A stretch of 64,000 bases of DNA from Thalassobaculaceae bacterium (GTDB lineage Bacteria > Pseudomonadota > Alphaproteobacteria > Thalassobaculales > Thalassobaculaceae): assembly GCA_965228875.1 (NCBI GenBank), contig OZ245843.1, positions 2,834,616 through 2,898,615 on the forward strand, written 5' to 3'. The notes beneath the pieces were generated by a model. That model made no database searches, was not told the origin of the DNA, and worked only from the letters and a program-made list of their open reading frames with translations. Position numbers and translations under genes: made by a program. This document shows positions 45,578 to 55,974 of this stretch, piece by piece. Every line of letters starts with the position of its first letter. Position 1 is the stretch's first letter.

Positions 45578-45904
45578 CTATTTCACCGACGAGTACGACG
45601 TCGGTTGCAGGAACTGGCTGGAGAGAGAGCTCAGAAGCGGGCCGTTCTTCTCGGTCTCGGCGCGGGCGGCGATCCACTCCGGATCGCTCTGGAAAGCGTT
45701 CCATTTCTGCTCGCGCTCGGCCAGCGACTCCCAGGCCAGCATGTAGGTCAGGTCGGCGTTCGACTCGCCAACCAGCGTGGTCCAGAACCCGGCCTGTCGG
45801 ATCCCGTGCTTCTCCCAGATCTTCAGCGTGATGGTCTCGAAGCGCTTGTTCAGGTCCGGCAGCCGGCCGGGCATGGCGTGATAGACGCGCAGTTCATAGA
45901 TCAC
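45578..45904 (-). CDS. NIPSNAP family protein
   Basis: IYELRVYHAMPGRL, GFWTT..G, W.S.AEREQKW.AF..DPEW, PT.YS; GTG start. Confidence 0.9.
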   Translation of the reverse strand: MIYELRVYHAMPGRLPDLNKRFETITLKIWEKHGIRQAGFWTTLVGESNADLTYMLAWESLAEREQKWNAFQSDPEWIAARAETEKNGPLLSSLSSQFLQPTSYSSVK

Positions 45905-46018
45905 GGGGGTTCCTTCCCACTTCTGGATTGACGAAGGCGGCCAGAATAGCGGTGTCCGCGCGGCGCGCCACCGGGGCAATGACGCCCTCTCGGCATGGGT
46001 GTCGGCGCCTCTTATGCT

Positions 46019-46028
46019 TTGTATACAA
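46019..46028. promoter_or_regulatory. Palindromic operator, GntR/FadR-type
   Basis: Perfect TTGTATACAA palindrome in an AT-rich divergent intergenic region. Confidence 0.55.
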
Positions 46029-46138
46029 TCAGAATTTCCGCATGCTATCGTTTTCGTGATCGCCAACCTGCGCAGATCGGTTTGCGAAGAACCGGGCTGC
46101 GACGAACCAACCTGCCAAGAAGAGGAATGAAGGTCGAG

Positions 46139-46654
46139 ATGTCGGACCAATCGGTATGGGGCGCCGAGCTCTACGACACGCTGGTGGAAGGCGGCGTGTC
46201 GATCTTCGCCTATGTGCCCGACGGCGGGCACAAGGTGATGATCCAGAAATCGCTGGAGGACGATCGGGTCCACTCCATTCCCCTCACCACCGAGGAGGAG
46301 GGAGTCGCGCTGACCGCCGGAGCGGATCTCGGTGGCAAGCAGGCGGTGCTGCTGATGCAGTCCAGCGGCACCGGCAACTGCATCAACATGCTGTCGCTGC
46401 AGGCGAACGGCGGGTTTCCGTTCCTCGCCATCATCACCATGCGCGGCACCTACGGCGAGCAGAACGCCTGGCAGGTGCCGATGGGCCGGGCGGTTAAGCC
46501 CTGTCTCGAGGCCATCGGCGTGCACGTCATCGAGGTCGAACGCGAGGACGAGCTGAAGGGGGCGGCGACGGCCGCCATGAACATGGCGTTCAAGTCTGAT
46601 TGCGCGGTCGCTCTGCTGCTGACCCAGAAGTTCATCGGCGCCAAGGCGTTCTGA
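46139..46654 (+). CDS. ThDP-dependent decarboxylase alpha (Pyr) subunit, sulfopyruvate/phosphonopyruvate decarboxylase-like
   Basis: YVPDGG, TTEEEGVA, LMQSSGTGNCINML, MRG.YGEQNAWQVPMG. Start at 46127 or 46139. Confidence 0.88.
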   Translation: MSDQSVWGAELYDTLVEGGVSIFAYVPDGGHKVMIQKSLEDDRVHSIPLTTEEEGVALTAGADLGGKQAVLLMQSSGTGNCINMLSLQANGGFPFLAIITMRGTYGEQNAWQVPMGRAVKPCLEAIGVHVIEVEREDELKGAATAAMNMAFKSDCAVALLLTQKFIGAKAF

Positions 46655-46666
46655 GGGGGACCGGAC

Positions 46667-47278
46667 ATGACCGAAGAGATCCAGATCACCGGTTCCAACC
46701 AGCGCATGGACCGTGCCCAGGTGGTGCCGGCCATCATCGGGAACCACCGCGATTTCCTGATCGTCGCCGGCCTCGCGGGCACCGCTCAGGACATGTACGC
46801 GATCGAGGCCGACGCCGATAACTGCTTCCTGCTCGGCGGGGCGATGGGCGCGTCGGTGTCCATGGGCCTCGGCTTGGCGCTGGCGCAGCCGGACAAGCAC
46901 GTCCTGGTGATGTGCGGCGACGGCGAGCTGCTGATGAATGTCGGCGCGCTGGCCACCGTCATGGGGTCCGGCGTGACCAACATGTCGATCCTCTGCGTCG
47001 ACAACGAGCGCTACGGCGAGACCGGCAACCAGATCACCCACACCTCCATGGGCACCGACCTGGCGCTGACCGCCAAGGGGCTGGGCATCAGGAACGTGAT
47101 GACCGTGACCGCGCCGGACCAGATCGAGGCGGGCCGCCAGGAGCTGCGCCGGGCCGACGGGCCGACCTTCGTCTACCTGAAGATCAGCGACGCCAAGCCG
47201 CCGAAGCAGAACTCGCGGAACTTCAACGCCGCCGACCGCCGCATCGCCTTCCGCCGCGCACAGCTGGGGCATCTATGA
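46667..47278 (+). CDS. ThDP-dependent decarboxylase beta (PP) subunit
   Basis: GAMGAS.SMGLGLA, GDGELLMN...DNERYGETGNQ ThDP-binding motif. Confidence 0.88.
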   Translation: MTEEIQITGSNQRMDRAQVVPAIIGNHRDFLIVAGLAGTAQDMYAIEADADNCFLLGGAMGASVSMGLGLALAQPDKHVLVMCGDGELLMNVGALATVMGSGVTNMSILCVDNERYGETGNQITHTSMGTDLALTAKGLGIRNVMTVTAPDQIEAGRQELRRADGPTFVYLKISDAKPPKQNSRNFNAADRRIAFRRAQLGHL

Positions 47279-48021
47279 GCGACCCGAGAACCGTCGCCGT
47301 CACCGGAGCCTCGCGCGGCCTCGGGGCGGCCATGGCGCTGGAGCTGGCGGCGCGGGGCCTCACCGTCGGCTGTCTCTCGCGCAAGGGGATCGGCCCGGAG
47401 GAGGAGCCGGTACCGGCGGAGCTGGCCGGCCGCATGGTCAACCTCGCCTGCGACGTGAACGATCCGGAATCCGGGGCGGCGGCTTTGAAGGCGCTGGCGG
47501 AGAAGACCGGCGGGCTGCACGCCCTGGTGAACAACGCGGGCATCCACAAGGAGGGCCGCAGCGAGAGCTTCTCGCCGGACGACTTCTCCGAGGTGCTGAA
47601 CACCAACGCGGTCGGCCTGTTCGCTATGTGCCAGGCCGCCTACCCGCACATGATCGAGGGCGGCGGCGGGGTGATCGTCAATATCGGCTCGCACTACGAC
47701 AAGATCGGCGTGAAATACACGGCGGCCTATTGCGCGTCGAAGGCGGCGGTCGGCGCCATCACCCGATGCCTGGCGGTGGAGTGGGCACGCAAGGGCATCC
47801 GCGTGGTCGACGTCGCCCCCGGCTTCACGCTCACCAACCTGAACCGCGGTCACATGGACAACGAACGGTTCCGCTCCTTCATCGAGAAGGCGATCCCCCG
47901 CGGCACGCCGGGCGAGGCCTGGGAGGTGGCGAAGTTCGTCGGTTCCATCGTCGCCGACGACATCCCGTTCCTGAACGGCGAGACCTTCTACATCGACGGC
48001 GGCCAGGCCATCGCCAACTGA
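47275..48021 (+). CDS. Short-chain dehydrogenase/reductase
   Basis: TGASRGLG, NNAG, YCASK. Confidence 0.93.
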   Translation: MSDPRTVAVTGASRGLGAAMALELAARGLTVGCLSRKGIGPEEEPVPAELAGRMVNLACDVNDPESGAAALKALAEKTGGLHALVNNAGIHKEGRSESFSPDDFSEVLNTNAVGLFAMCQAAYPHMIEGGGGVIVNIGSHYDKIGVKYTAAYCASKAAVGAITRCLAVEWARKGIRVVDVAPGFTLTNLNRGHMDNERFRSFIEKAIPRGTPGEAWEVAKFVGSIVADDIPFLNGETFYIDGGQAIAN

Positions 48022-48026
48022 TCGCA

Positions 48027-48060
48027 AGGCCCCGGTGACCGCGTGGTCTCTCCGGGGCCT
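48027..48060. terminator. Hairpin terminator after the SDR gene
   Basis: AGGCCCCGG...CCGGGGCCT. Confidence 0.6.
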
Positions 48061-48088
48061 ATCGATCCGGCCGGGTCGATGACCGTGC

Positions 48089-48226
48089 TCAGAGACCGGC
48101 GAGCACCGTCTCCCGCAGAAACGCGGTCGCCACCACGGCGGCGGCAAGGGTGACGAAGCCGAATGCGATCGCACCCGCACCGGCGCCGAAGAACTGGCTC
48201 AGTCCATCAAATCCACTATGTCTCAT
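48089..48226 (-). CDS. Small membrane protein (45 aa)
   Basis: MRHSGFDGLSQFFGAGAGAIAFGFVTLAAAVVATAFLRETVLAGL*; one hydrophobic helix; purine-rich upstream sequence. Confidence 0.5.
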   Translation of the reverse strand: MRHSGFDGLSQFFGAGAGAIAFGFVTLAAAVVATAFLRETVLAGL

Positions 48227-48502
48227 TTTCCTGGATCCTTCTTCCGTCCAAGGCGCACGCCGCGCTCTCGGCGCGCATCTAGGGCCGTGGCGGTTGGCAG
48301 ACAATTTTTTTCAGCCAATGCCGACCGCATATCAGGGCTGCGATAATCGAAGAGCTCATCGCCCGCGACCACGCCGGCACCATCCCGCTCCCGAACCGCG
48401 GGATCTTCTGCATCGACGGCGCGCTGGTGGTCACGAGCAGAGCAGGGATGACAGGCCTAGAGGCTCTCGCCCCCGCCCCCGCTTCGCGCTACCTTCCCGG
48501 CC

Positions 48503-49705
48503 ATGACGCTGAGCAACAGACGCATTCTCCTGATCGTCGGCGGCGGGATCGCCGCCTACAAGGCGCTCGACCTGACCCGCCGCCTGCGCAAGCGCGGGGC
48601 AGCGGTGCGCGCGGTGCTGACCAAGGCGGGGGAGCAGTTCGTCACCCCGCTGTCGCTCTCCGCGCTGACCGAGGACAAGGTCTATACCGACCTCTTCGAC
48701 CTCACCGACGAGGCGGAGATGGGGCATATTCAACTCTCGCGCTCGGCCGACCTCATCGTGGTCGCCCCGGCCACCGCCGACCTGATGGCGAAGATGGCCA
48801 ACGGGCTCTGCGGCGACCTCGCCTCGACCCTGCTGCTGGCGACCGATACCGACGTGCTGGTCGCCCCGGCGATGAACGTGCGCATGTGGGACCATCCGGC
48901 CACGCAAGCGAATCTGGCGACCCTGACGGCGCGCGGCGTGCGCGTGGTCGGGCCGAACGAGGGCAACATGGCCTGCGGTGAGTACGGCTTCGGGCGCATG
49001 GCCGAACCGCTGGAGATCGTCGCCGCCGCCGAGAGCTACTTCGCCGAAAGCACCGGCCCGCTCGCCGGCAGACGCGCCATCGTCACCAGCGGGCCGACCC
49101 ATGAGCCGATCGACCCGGTCCGCTATATCGCCAACCGCTCCTCCGGCAAGCAGGGCCACGCCATCGCCGCCGCCCTGCGCGCGCTTGGCGCCGAGGTGAC
49201 CCTGGTCGCCGGCCCGACCCGCGAGCCCGATCCGGCCGGCGTGAAGACCGTGCCGATCGAGAGCGCGCGCGACATGCTGGCGGCCTGCGAGGCGGCGCTG
49301 CCCGCCGACATCGTGGTCTGCGCCGCCGCCGTCGCCGACTGGCGGGTGGCGAGCGAGGCGGATCAGAAGCTGAAGAAGGAAGCCGGCGGCATCCCGACCC
49401 TGCAGATGACCGAGAACCCGGACATCCTCAAGACCCTGTCACAGTTGCCAGATGGCCGGCCGGCCCTGGTCGTCGGTTTCGCCGCAGAGACCGAGAAGGT
49501 GATCGAGCACGCAACGGCGAAGCGGGCACGCAAGGGCTGCGACTGGATCGTCGCCAATGACGTCTCCCCCGCCACCGGCACCTTCGGCGGCGACGCCAAT
49601 ACCGTCCACCTGGTGACAGCCGATGGCGCCGAGGACTGGCCGGCCATGAGCAAGGCCGACGTCGGCAAGCGCCTGGCCCAACGGATCGCGGATCACTTCA
49701 CATGA
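48503..49705 (+). CDS. coaBC: Phosphopantothenoylcysteine decarboxylase/synthetase
   Basis: [44 protein letters not shown]. Confidence 0.97.
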   Translation: MTLSNRRILLIVGGGIAAYKALDLTRRLRKRGAAVRAVLTKAGEQFVTPLSLSALTEDKVYTDLFDLTDEAEMGHIQLSRSADLIVVAPATADLMAKMANGLCGDLASTLLLATDTDVLVAPAMNVRMWDHPATQANLATLTARGVRVVGPNEGNMACGEYGFGRMAEPLEIVAAAESYFAESTGPLAGRRAIVTSGPTHEPIDPVRYIANRSSGKQGHAIAAALRALGAEVTLVAGPTREPDPAGVKTVPIESARDMLAACEAALPADIVVCAAAVADWRVASEADQKLKKEAGGIPTLQMTENPDILKTLSQLPDGRPALVVGFAAETEKVIEHATAKRARKGCDWIVANDVSPATGTFGGDANTVHLVTADGAEDWPAMSKADVGKRLAQRIADHFT

Positions 49706-50148
49706 GCGTTCCCGTCCGGATCACCCGCCTGTCCAACGGCGCCGGTCTGCCGCTGCCGGCATACGAGACCGAGGGCTCGGCGGGCATGGACCTGCGCGCC
49801 GCCATCGACGCGCCGGTCACCCTGGCGCCGATGGAGCGCTTCGCTTTCCCGTCCGGCATCGCCATTGCCCTGCCTCCGGGCTACGAGGCGCAGGTGCGGG
49901 CGCGGTCCGGCCTCGCCCTGCGCTCCGGCATCGCCTGCGTCAATGCGCCGGGCACGGTCGACAGCGATTATCGAGGGGAGATCAAGGTCATTCTGGTCAA
50001 CCTCGGCCGGGAGTCGGTGACCGTCGCGCGCGGCGACCGCATCGCCCAACTCGTCGTCGCCCCGGTGAGCCGCGTCGCCTGGGACGAGACCGAGACCCTG
50101 GATGAGACCGGGCGGGGTGCCGGCGGCTTCGGGTCGACGGGACGGTAG
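49702..50148 (+). CDS. dut: dUTP diphosphatase
   Basis: [37 protein letters not shown]. Confidence 0.97.
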   Translation: MSVPVRITRLSNGAGLPLPAYETEGSAGMDLRAAIDAPVTLAPMERFAFPSGIAIALPPGYEAQVRARSGLALRSGIACVNAPGTVDSDYRGEIKVILVNLGRESVTVARGDRIAQLVVAPVSRVAWDETETLDETGRGAGGFGSTGR

Positions 50149-50183
50149 GTCCGGGCCGCCAGGCAAAGCGCGCCCGATCGGCG

Positions 50184-51428
50184 TCACACCCGGTTCAGCA
50201 GCCTCGCCCGAATGGTTCCGGGCAGCGCGCGGATCTGCTCCAGGAGATCCACCCCGTTCTCGACCTCACCGCCGACATCGAGGACCACGTAACCGATCTG
50301 GCCGTCGGTCTGATAGTACTGGGCGACGATGTTGAGGCCGTGGCCGGCGAACAGGTCGTTCAGCCGGCCGAGTTCGCCCGGCTCGTTGCGCTGCACCTGG
50401 ATGAAGCGGGTCACCAGGGTACCCTTGGGCAGCTGTACCTCGGGGAAGTTCACGGCGCCGTTGGTCGAGCCGACATCGGAATACTCGACGAACTTGCGCG
50501 CCACCTCGTCGCCGATCCGCTCCTGCGCCTCTTCGGTCGAGCCACCGACATGCGGGGTGAGGATGACGTTGTCGAGGCCGCGCAGCGCGCTCTCGAAGGT
50601 GTCCCTGTTCGATTTCGGCTCGCTGGGGAACACGTCGACCGCCGCCCCGCCGAGATGCCCGTCCTTCAGCGCGTCGGCAAGCGCGTCGATCTCCACCAGG
50701 GTGCCGCGCGCGTTGTTGATGAGGAACGCGCCCTTTTTCATGGCCCGGATCTGCGCCGCGCCGAACAGGCCCTTGGTCTCCGGCGTCTCCGGCAGGTGCA
50801 GGGAGACGACGTCCGATTTCGCGAGCAGCTCGTCCAGGGACTGGGTCGGCTCGACGTTGCCGTGACTGAGCTTGTCGGTCCGGTCGAAATAGATCACCCG
50901 CATACCCATGGCCTCGGCGAGCGCGGCGAGCTGCGTGCCGATATTGCCGTAGCCGACGATGCCCAGCGTCTTGCCGCGCACCTCGCGCGAGCCGATCGCC
51001 GTCTTGGCCCAGCGCCCGTCATGGGCGGCGGCCGACTTCTGGAAGGCGCCGCGCATCAGCATGACGATCTCGGCGATTGTCAGCTCGGCAACGGAGCGGG
51101 TGTTCGAGAACGGCGCGTTGAACACCGGGATGCCGAGCCGGGTCGCCGCCGGCAGGTCCACCTGGTTGGTTCCGACCGAGAAGCAGCCGACGGCAACCAG
51201 CGTACCCGCCGCCTTCAGCACCTCGGCGTTGAGCTGCGTGCGCGAGCGGATGCCGAGCATGTGCACGCCCTGCAGCGCCTCGATCAGTGCGGCCTGATCC
51301 AGCGCGCCGGAGACCTCCTGCAGGTTGGTATAGCCGGCGTTCAGCAGCACGTCGCGCGCGGTCGGCGAGATCCCCTCCAGGAGCAGGATGCGGATCTGGT
51401 TCTTCGGGCGGGACAGTCCCTTGGCCAT
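50184..51428 (-). CDS. serA: D-3-phosphoglycerate dehydrogenase (E. coli-type, single ACT domain)
   Basis: GIRSRTQ, NAPFSNTRSVAE, GYGNIG, TPHVGGSTEEAQ, AVNFPEV; ATG at 51428. Confidence 0.95.
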   Translation of the reverse strand: MAKGLSRPKNQIRILLLEGISPTARDVLLNAGYTNLQEVSGALDQAALIEALQGVHMLGIRSRTQLNAEVLKAAGTLVAVGCFSVGTNQVDLPAATRLGIPVFNAPFSNTRSVAELTIAEIVMLMRGAFQKSAAAHDGRWAKTAIGSREVRGKTLGIVGYGNIGTQLAALAEAMGMRVIYFDRTDKLSHGNVEPTQSLDELLAKSDVVSLHLPETPETKGLFGAAQIRAMKKGAFLINNARGTLVEIDALADALKDGHLGGAAVDVFPSEPKSNRDTFESALRGLDNVILTPHVGGSTEEAQERIGDEVARKFVEYSDVGSTNGAVNFPEVQLPKGTLVTRFIQVQRNEPGELGRLNDLFAGHGLNIVAQYYQTDGQIGYVVLDVGGEVENGVDLLEQIRALPGTIRARLLNRV

Positions 51429-51495
51429 CTGGCGGGGTCCGGTGTGGTTGGTGCGAGCGCGCGTCATAACGCAAATGCTGCGCTGCACCAACCCG

Positions 51496-52791
51496 TCACG
51501 CCGTGCGGAACCGCATGGCTGGTCCGCGCGGGCCCGGCTCCTGCGACGCCCGGTCTCCCCCCTGGCGCCCCAGCGCGAACAGCAGGAAGGCGGCGATGGC
51601 GATGTGAACGATGTTCCAACCGATGCCGTTCAGGAAGGCCGCCGTATAGCTGAGCGTGAAGTCATAGATCGCCCCCGACATCCAGCCGCCCAGCCCCATG
51701 CCGACCAGGGTCGCCGACAGCACCACGCCGACCCGGACGCCGGCCTGGGACGCGGGGAAGAACTGGCGCACGATCAGCGCATAGGTCGGCACGATCCCGC
51801 CCTGGGACAGCCCGAACAAGGCGGAGACCACATAGAGCGGCACGAGCCCGTCGAAAGGCAGGAACAGCAGCAGGGCCAGCGTCTGGAGGGTCGAACTGAG
51901 CAGCAGCGTCCACAGCGCGCCGATCCGATCGGCCAGCGCGCCGCAGACAAGCCGGCTGACGATGCCGGTGCCCAGCATCAGCGACAGCATCTCGGCGCCG
52001 CGCTGGCTGTCGTAGCCGAGCTCGAGACAGTAGGCGACGATATGCACCTGCGGCATGGCCATGGCGATGCAGCAGGCCAAGCCGGCGACGATCAGCAGGC
52101 CCTGGAGCACCGGACTCGGCAGCGGTGGCCTGCCGTTGCGCCCCTGGGCCACGACCGGGGCCGGCGCATGGCCGACCGGCGAGCGGCGGCGCAGGGCCAG
52201 CGCCATCGGCACGACGGTGACGACGCAGAAGATGGCGATGATCTGGTGGGTCTCGCGCCAGCCGACATCGTGGACCAGGTAGTCGATGATCGGCGGCCAG
52301 ACCGTGCCGGCGAGGTAGTTGCCGCTGGCGGCGATGGCCACGGCGATGCCGCGCCGGCGCACGAACCAGTGCGAGATGTCGGCCAGCAGCGGCCCGAACG
52401 TGACGGCACCGCCCAGCATGCCGATCAGCAGCGCATGCTCGGCGGAGAAGACCCAGATGGTCGGCGCGACGCTGGTGGCGCCGTAGCCGACCCCCAGGGC
52501 CACGCCGCCCAGGATCAGCGCCGGCACGATGCCGACCTTGTCCGCCAGCTTGCCCATGAGCACGGTGCCGAGCGCCACACCGATCAGGGTGAAGGTATAG
52601 GGCAGCGACGCATCGGCCCGGCTGACGCCGAAATCCGCCTCCACCGCCGGCAACACGACCACCACCGACCACAGGCCGGCGCCGCCGATCATGCTGATCA
52701 GCAGACACATGGCCAGCCGTGCCCAGGCGTAGGGGCCGTCGATATCCCCCGGGGCGTCGGAATCGTATCCCGACGACGTGGCGTGACTCAT
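51496..52791 (-). CDS. MFS transporter
   Basis: About 12 hydrophobic segments; GKLADKVG and GALADRIG motifs; ATG at 52791. Confidence 0.9.
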   Translation of the reverse strand: MSHATSSGYDSDAPGDIDGPYAWARLAMCLLISMIGGAGLWSVVVVLPAVEADFGVSRADASLPYTFTLIGVALGTVLMGKLADKVGIVPALILGGVALGVGYGATSVAPTIWVFSAEHALLIGMLGGAVTFGPLLADISHWFVRRRGIAVAIAASGNYLAGTVWPPIIDYLVHDVGWRETHQIIAIFCVVTVVPMALALRRRSPVGHAPAPVVAQGRNGRPPLPSPVLQGLLIVAGLACCIAMAMPQVHIVAYCLELGYDSQRGAEMLSLMLGTGIVSRLVCGALADRIGALWTLLLSSTLQTLALLLFLPFDGLVPLYVVSALFGLSQGGIVPTYALIVRQFFPASQAGVRVGVVLSATLVGMGLGGWMSGAIYDFTLSYTAAFLNGIGWNIVHIAIAAFLLFALGRQGGDRASQEPGPRGPAMRFRTA

Positions 52792-53408
52792 CCCGCCGCC
52801 TTGGCCAACGCCCGCTCGACGTACTCCAGACGGTCCTGGCCGTAGAAGTTCTCGCCGTCGACGAAATAGGTCGGCGCGCCGATCACCCCACGGATCACCG
52901 CCTCGGTGCAGTTGCGCTCCAGTTCCGCCTGCACCGCCTCGGTCATCGCCTCCTCGATCAGCGCGCGGGGGGCGCCATAACCGGCCTGGGCGACCAGGTC
53001 GGCGACCACGTCGGCATCGGCGATGTCCCGGTCGTAGCGCCACAGCGCCTCGAGCACGAGCAGGCTGAGCCGGTTCACATCGCCGGCCTCGCCGCGCAGC
53101 GCCGCGCGCTGGCCCGCGATGACGATACCGCTGGGCAGTTCGACGGGGCCCATGTGATGGATCGGCTCCCGCAGGACCTCGACACCGTGGGCCTCGGCAC
53201 AGCGCAGGGCGTCCACCATGGCGTAGTGGCGCAGCATGGTCGGCCGCTCGCCGAACTGCATGCCGCCGATCGGCGGCATGGTCTTGGACAGCAGGATCGG
53301 CCGGTGGACGATGGTCCGCCCGTACTTGGCCGCCAGCGCGTTCAGGCGGGCGGCGCCGATATAGGTGAAGTTCGACCGCGTCGAATAGTAATAGTCGATC
53401 GTGCTCAT
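52788..53408 (-). CDS. DsbA-family / 2-hydroxychromene-2-carboxylate isomerase-like (GST kappa) protein
   Basis: IDYYYS.RSNFTYIG, RGVIGAPTYFVDGE.FYGQDRL. Confidence 0.88.
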   Translation of the reverse strand: MSTIDYYYSTRSNFTYIGAARLNALAAKYGRTIVHRPILLSKTMPPIGGMQFGERPTMLRHYAMVDALRCAEAHGVEVLREPIHHMGPVELPSGIVIAGQRAALRGEAGDVNRLSLLVLEALWRYDRDIADADVVADLVAQAGYGAPRALIEEAMTEAVQAELERNCTEAVIRGVIGAPTYFVDGENFYGQDRLEYVERALAKAAG

Positions 53409-55063
53409 GCCGCAGAGGTTCCGCTTTGGTCAGGGAGGGATACGGCCTCCAGCGGCGGACGTCCGCGGATCATGTCGGACGCCTTCTCGGCGATCATCAT
53501 GGTCGACGCGTTCAGATTGGCCGACGGCATGGTCGGCATCACGGACGCGTCCACCACACGGATCCCCTCGAGGCCGTGCAGGCGCAGGGTGTCGTCAACC
53601 ACCGCCAGGTCGTCCCCGGCCGGTCCCATCCGGCAGGTCCCCATCGGGTGGAAGGTGGTGGTGCCTCGGTGACGGGCCGACTCCAGCAGTTCGTCGTCGG
53701 TCCGCACCTGAAGACCGGGATAGGTCTCGCCGGCGTTGTAGGGTTCCATCGCCTTAGACGCCATGATCCGCCGCGCCAGCTTCATCGCCGCCAGCAGCAC
53801 CCGGCGGTCCTCCTCGTGGTCGAGGTAGTTCGGCTGGATCACCGGCGCCTCGAACGGGTCGGCGGTCCGCAGCCGCACGTAGCCCTGACTTTCCGGACGC
53901 TGCTGCCAGGAGCCGATGGTCATGCCGGGCTCGGTCTCCAGCGCCGACTGCACGCCCTCGGCATAGGAGGCCGGAGTGAAGGTGAACTGGATATCGCCGA
54001 ACTCCAGCGCCGGGTCCGAGCGCCAGAAGCCGTAGACCAGGGTCGGGCTGATCGCCAGGATGCCCTTGCGGGTCGTCAGGTATTTCATCACCTCGCCGGC
54101 GAGCTTCAGGCCGCGGGCGCGCTCGTTGATGCTGTCGGTGTTCTGGACGCGGTAGGCGAAACGCGGCGCGTAGTGGTCGCGCAGGTTCTCGCCGACACCG
54201 GGCAGGGCGTGCCGGACCGCGATGCCATGCTCGGCCAGATGGGTCGGATTGCCGATTCCCGAGAGCTGCAGCAGCTGCGGCGAGTTGTAGGTGCCGCCGG
54301 ACAGGATCACCTCGCGGTTCGCCGCGACCTCCGTGGGAATGCCGTGGCGCCCGCCCTTGTTGTAGCGCACACCGGTGACCCGCTTGCCGTCCAGCACCAG
54401 CGAGGTCGCGTGGGCGTGTGTGATGACGGTCAGGTTCGGGCGCTTCATCGCCGGGCGCAGGAACGCCCTGGCGGCGCTGAGCCGTCGCCCGTTGCGGATC
54501 GTACGCTGGGCGTAGTTCACGCCTTCCTGCCGTTCGCCGTTGTAGTCCGGGTTCTTGGGGATTCCCTGCTCGACGCAGCTCTGGATGAAGGCCTCGGTCA
54601 GCGGGTGGGACCAGTCGATATCGCTCACCGTAAGCGCGCCGTCGCGGCCGCGGAACGTGCCGTCCCCCTCCCCGACCCGGGCCTCGCTGCGTTTGAAATA
54701 GGGCAGAACGTCGGCATACCCCCAGCCCCGGTTGCCCATCTGGGACCAGGTGTTGAAGTCGAGTCTCTGCCCCCGGTTGTAGATGTGACCGTTGATCGAG
54801 GACGAACCGCCCAGGGTCTTGCCCCGTGGCGCCTTGATGCTCCGGCCCGCCGTCCAGTGGCTCGGCTCCTGCTCGTAGAGCCAGTTCACCGACGGATCGA
54901 GGATCGTCTTCATGAACCCGGCGGGAATGTGGATGAACGGGTGCCAGTCGCTCGGCCCCGCCTCCAGCACGCAGACCGAGGTGCCAGGGTCCTCGCTCAG
55001 CCGGTTGGCGAGCACGGAACCGGCCGAGCCGGCGCCGACGATGATGTAGTCGAAGCGATCCAT
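53405..55063 (-). CDS. GMC oxidoreductase (choline dehydrogenase-like)
   Basis: IVGAGSAG, PRGKTLGGSSSING, GVGENLRDH, HPMGTCRMG, ANLNA. Confidence 0.94.
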   Translation of the reverse strand: MDRFDYIIVGAGSAGSVLANRLSEDPGTSVCVLEAGPSDWHPFIHIPAGFMKTILDPSVNWLYEQEPSHWTAGRSIKAPRGKTLGGSSSINGHIYNRGQRLDFNTWSQMGNRGWGYADVLPYFKRSEARVGEGDGTFRGRDGALTVSDIDWSHPLTEAFIQSCVEQGIPKNPDYNGERQEGVNYAQRTIRNGRRLSAARAFLRPAMKRPNLTVITHAHATSLVLDGKRVTGVRYNKGGRHGIPTEVAANREVILSGGTYNSPQLLQLSGIGNPTHLAEHGIAVRHALPGVGENLRDHYAPRFAYRVQNTDSINERARGLKLAGEVMKYLTTRKGILAISPTLVYGFWRSDPALEFGDIQFTFTPASYAEGVQSALETEPGMTIGSWQQRPESQGYVRLRTADPFEAPVIQPNYLDHEEDRRVLLAAMKLARRIMASKAMEPYNAGETYPGLQVRTDDELLESARHRGTTTFHPMGTCRMGPAGDDLAVVDDTLRLHGLEGIRVVDASVMPTMPSANLNASTMMIAEKASDMIRGRPPLEAVSLPDQSGTSAA

Positions 55064-55264
55064 GAAGTGCGTGTCCGAACCGTGAGGCCGTGCCGCGAAC
55101 GCGGGACGCCGACACTAGCACAGCAGTTCCCCGGGACGGGAGGGGTCAAGCGCCGGCCCCGCGCCCGGATTCGCCGGAACGCGCACGACCGTTTCGGCAT
55201 CTTCCTCGCTCAGCATGTCCCGGATACGCTCACCCGTTCCCGTGGATCGCTGCAGAGCCTGCCG

Positions 55265-55936
55265 ATGCCCTGTCCCGCCGCCATCATCTTCGACTGCGAC
55301 GGCGTGCTCGTCGACTCCGAGGCGCTGATCCTGCAGATCGAGATCGACCATCTGGCCCGCGTCGGCCTCGTGTTCGAGCGGAACGATTATGTCAGCCGGT
55401 TCATGGGTCTCTCCATGCCGGACTACTACGCCGCCCTGGACGCCCTCAGGCGCGAGAGGTTGGGCGAAGGATTGTCGCGGGAGGCATTCGACCGGTCGGT
55501 CGACGAGGCCCAGGCCGCCATCGAGCGGGATCTGGAGGCGATCGTCGGTATCCACGCCCTGGTCGACGCGGTCGACCTGCCGATGGCCGTGGCATCCTCG
55601 TCGCTGCCGAGCTCGCTCGACATGAAGCTGCGCAAGACCGACCTGCACAGCCGCTTCGACCCCCACATCTACTCCACCCAGATCGTCGCCAGCGGCAAGC
55701 CGGCCCCGGACATCTACCTGCTCGCCGCCGAGCGTCTCGGAGCCGCGCCGGAGCATTGCGCGGTGATCGAGGACAGCGTGAACGGCGTGCGCGGCGCCGT
55801 CGCCGCCGGCATGATCGCGTGGGGGTTCACCGGCGGCGGGCATGCCGATCCGGGGCTGGCGGACCGGCTCAGAAGGGCCGGGGCGACGGACGTGTTCGAC
55901 AGCCATGACGCAATCGGGCAGCGCCTGTCCCGATAG
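55265..55936 (+). CDS. HAD-family phosphatase
   Basis: FDCDGVLVDSE, GKPAPDIY, IEDS.NG. Confidence 0.93.
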   Translation: MPCPAAIIFDCDGVLVDSEALILQIEIDHLARVGLVFERNDYVSRFMGLSMPDYYAALDALRRERLGEGLSREAFDRSVDEAQAAIERDLEAIVGIHALVDAVDLPMAVASSSLPSSLDMKLRKTDLHSRFDPHIYSTQIVASGKPAPDIYLLAAERLGAAPEHCAVIEDSVNGVRGAVAAGMIAWGFTGGGHADPGLADRLRRAGATDVFDSHDAIGQRLSR

Positions 55937-55974
55937 GAGACGGGCGAAAGCAAATAATGATCGGGAGGAACGGA

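Noticed and set aside
46080..46125. Imperfect 15-nt triplication upstream of the decarboxylase alpha subunit
   Set aside because: Too degenerate and short to support a functional call.
44679..48021. Phosphonate biosynthesis cluster (PEP mutase + phosphonopyruvate decarboxylase + reductase)
   Set aside because: The ICL/PEPM protein has EDQ...KRCG (lyase type), not the PepM EDKxxxxxNS motif, and an opposite-strand NIPSNAP gene separates it from the decarboxylase.
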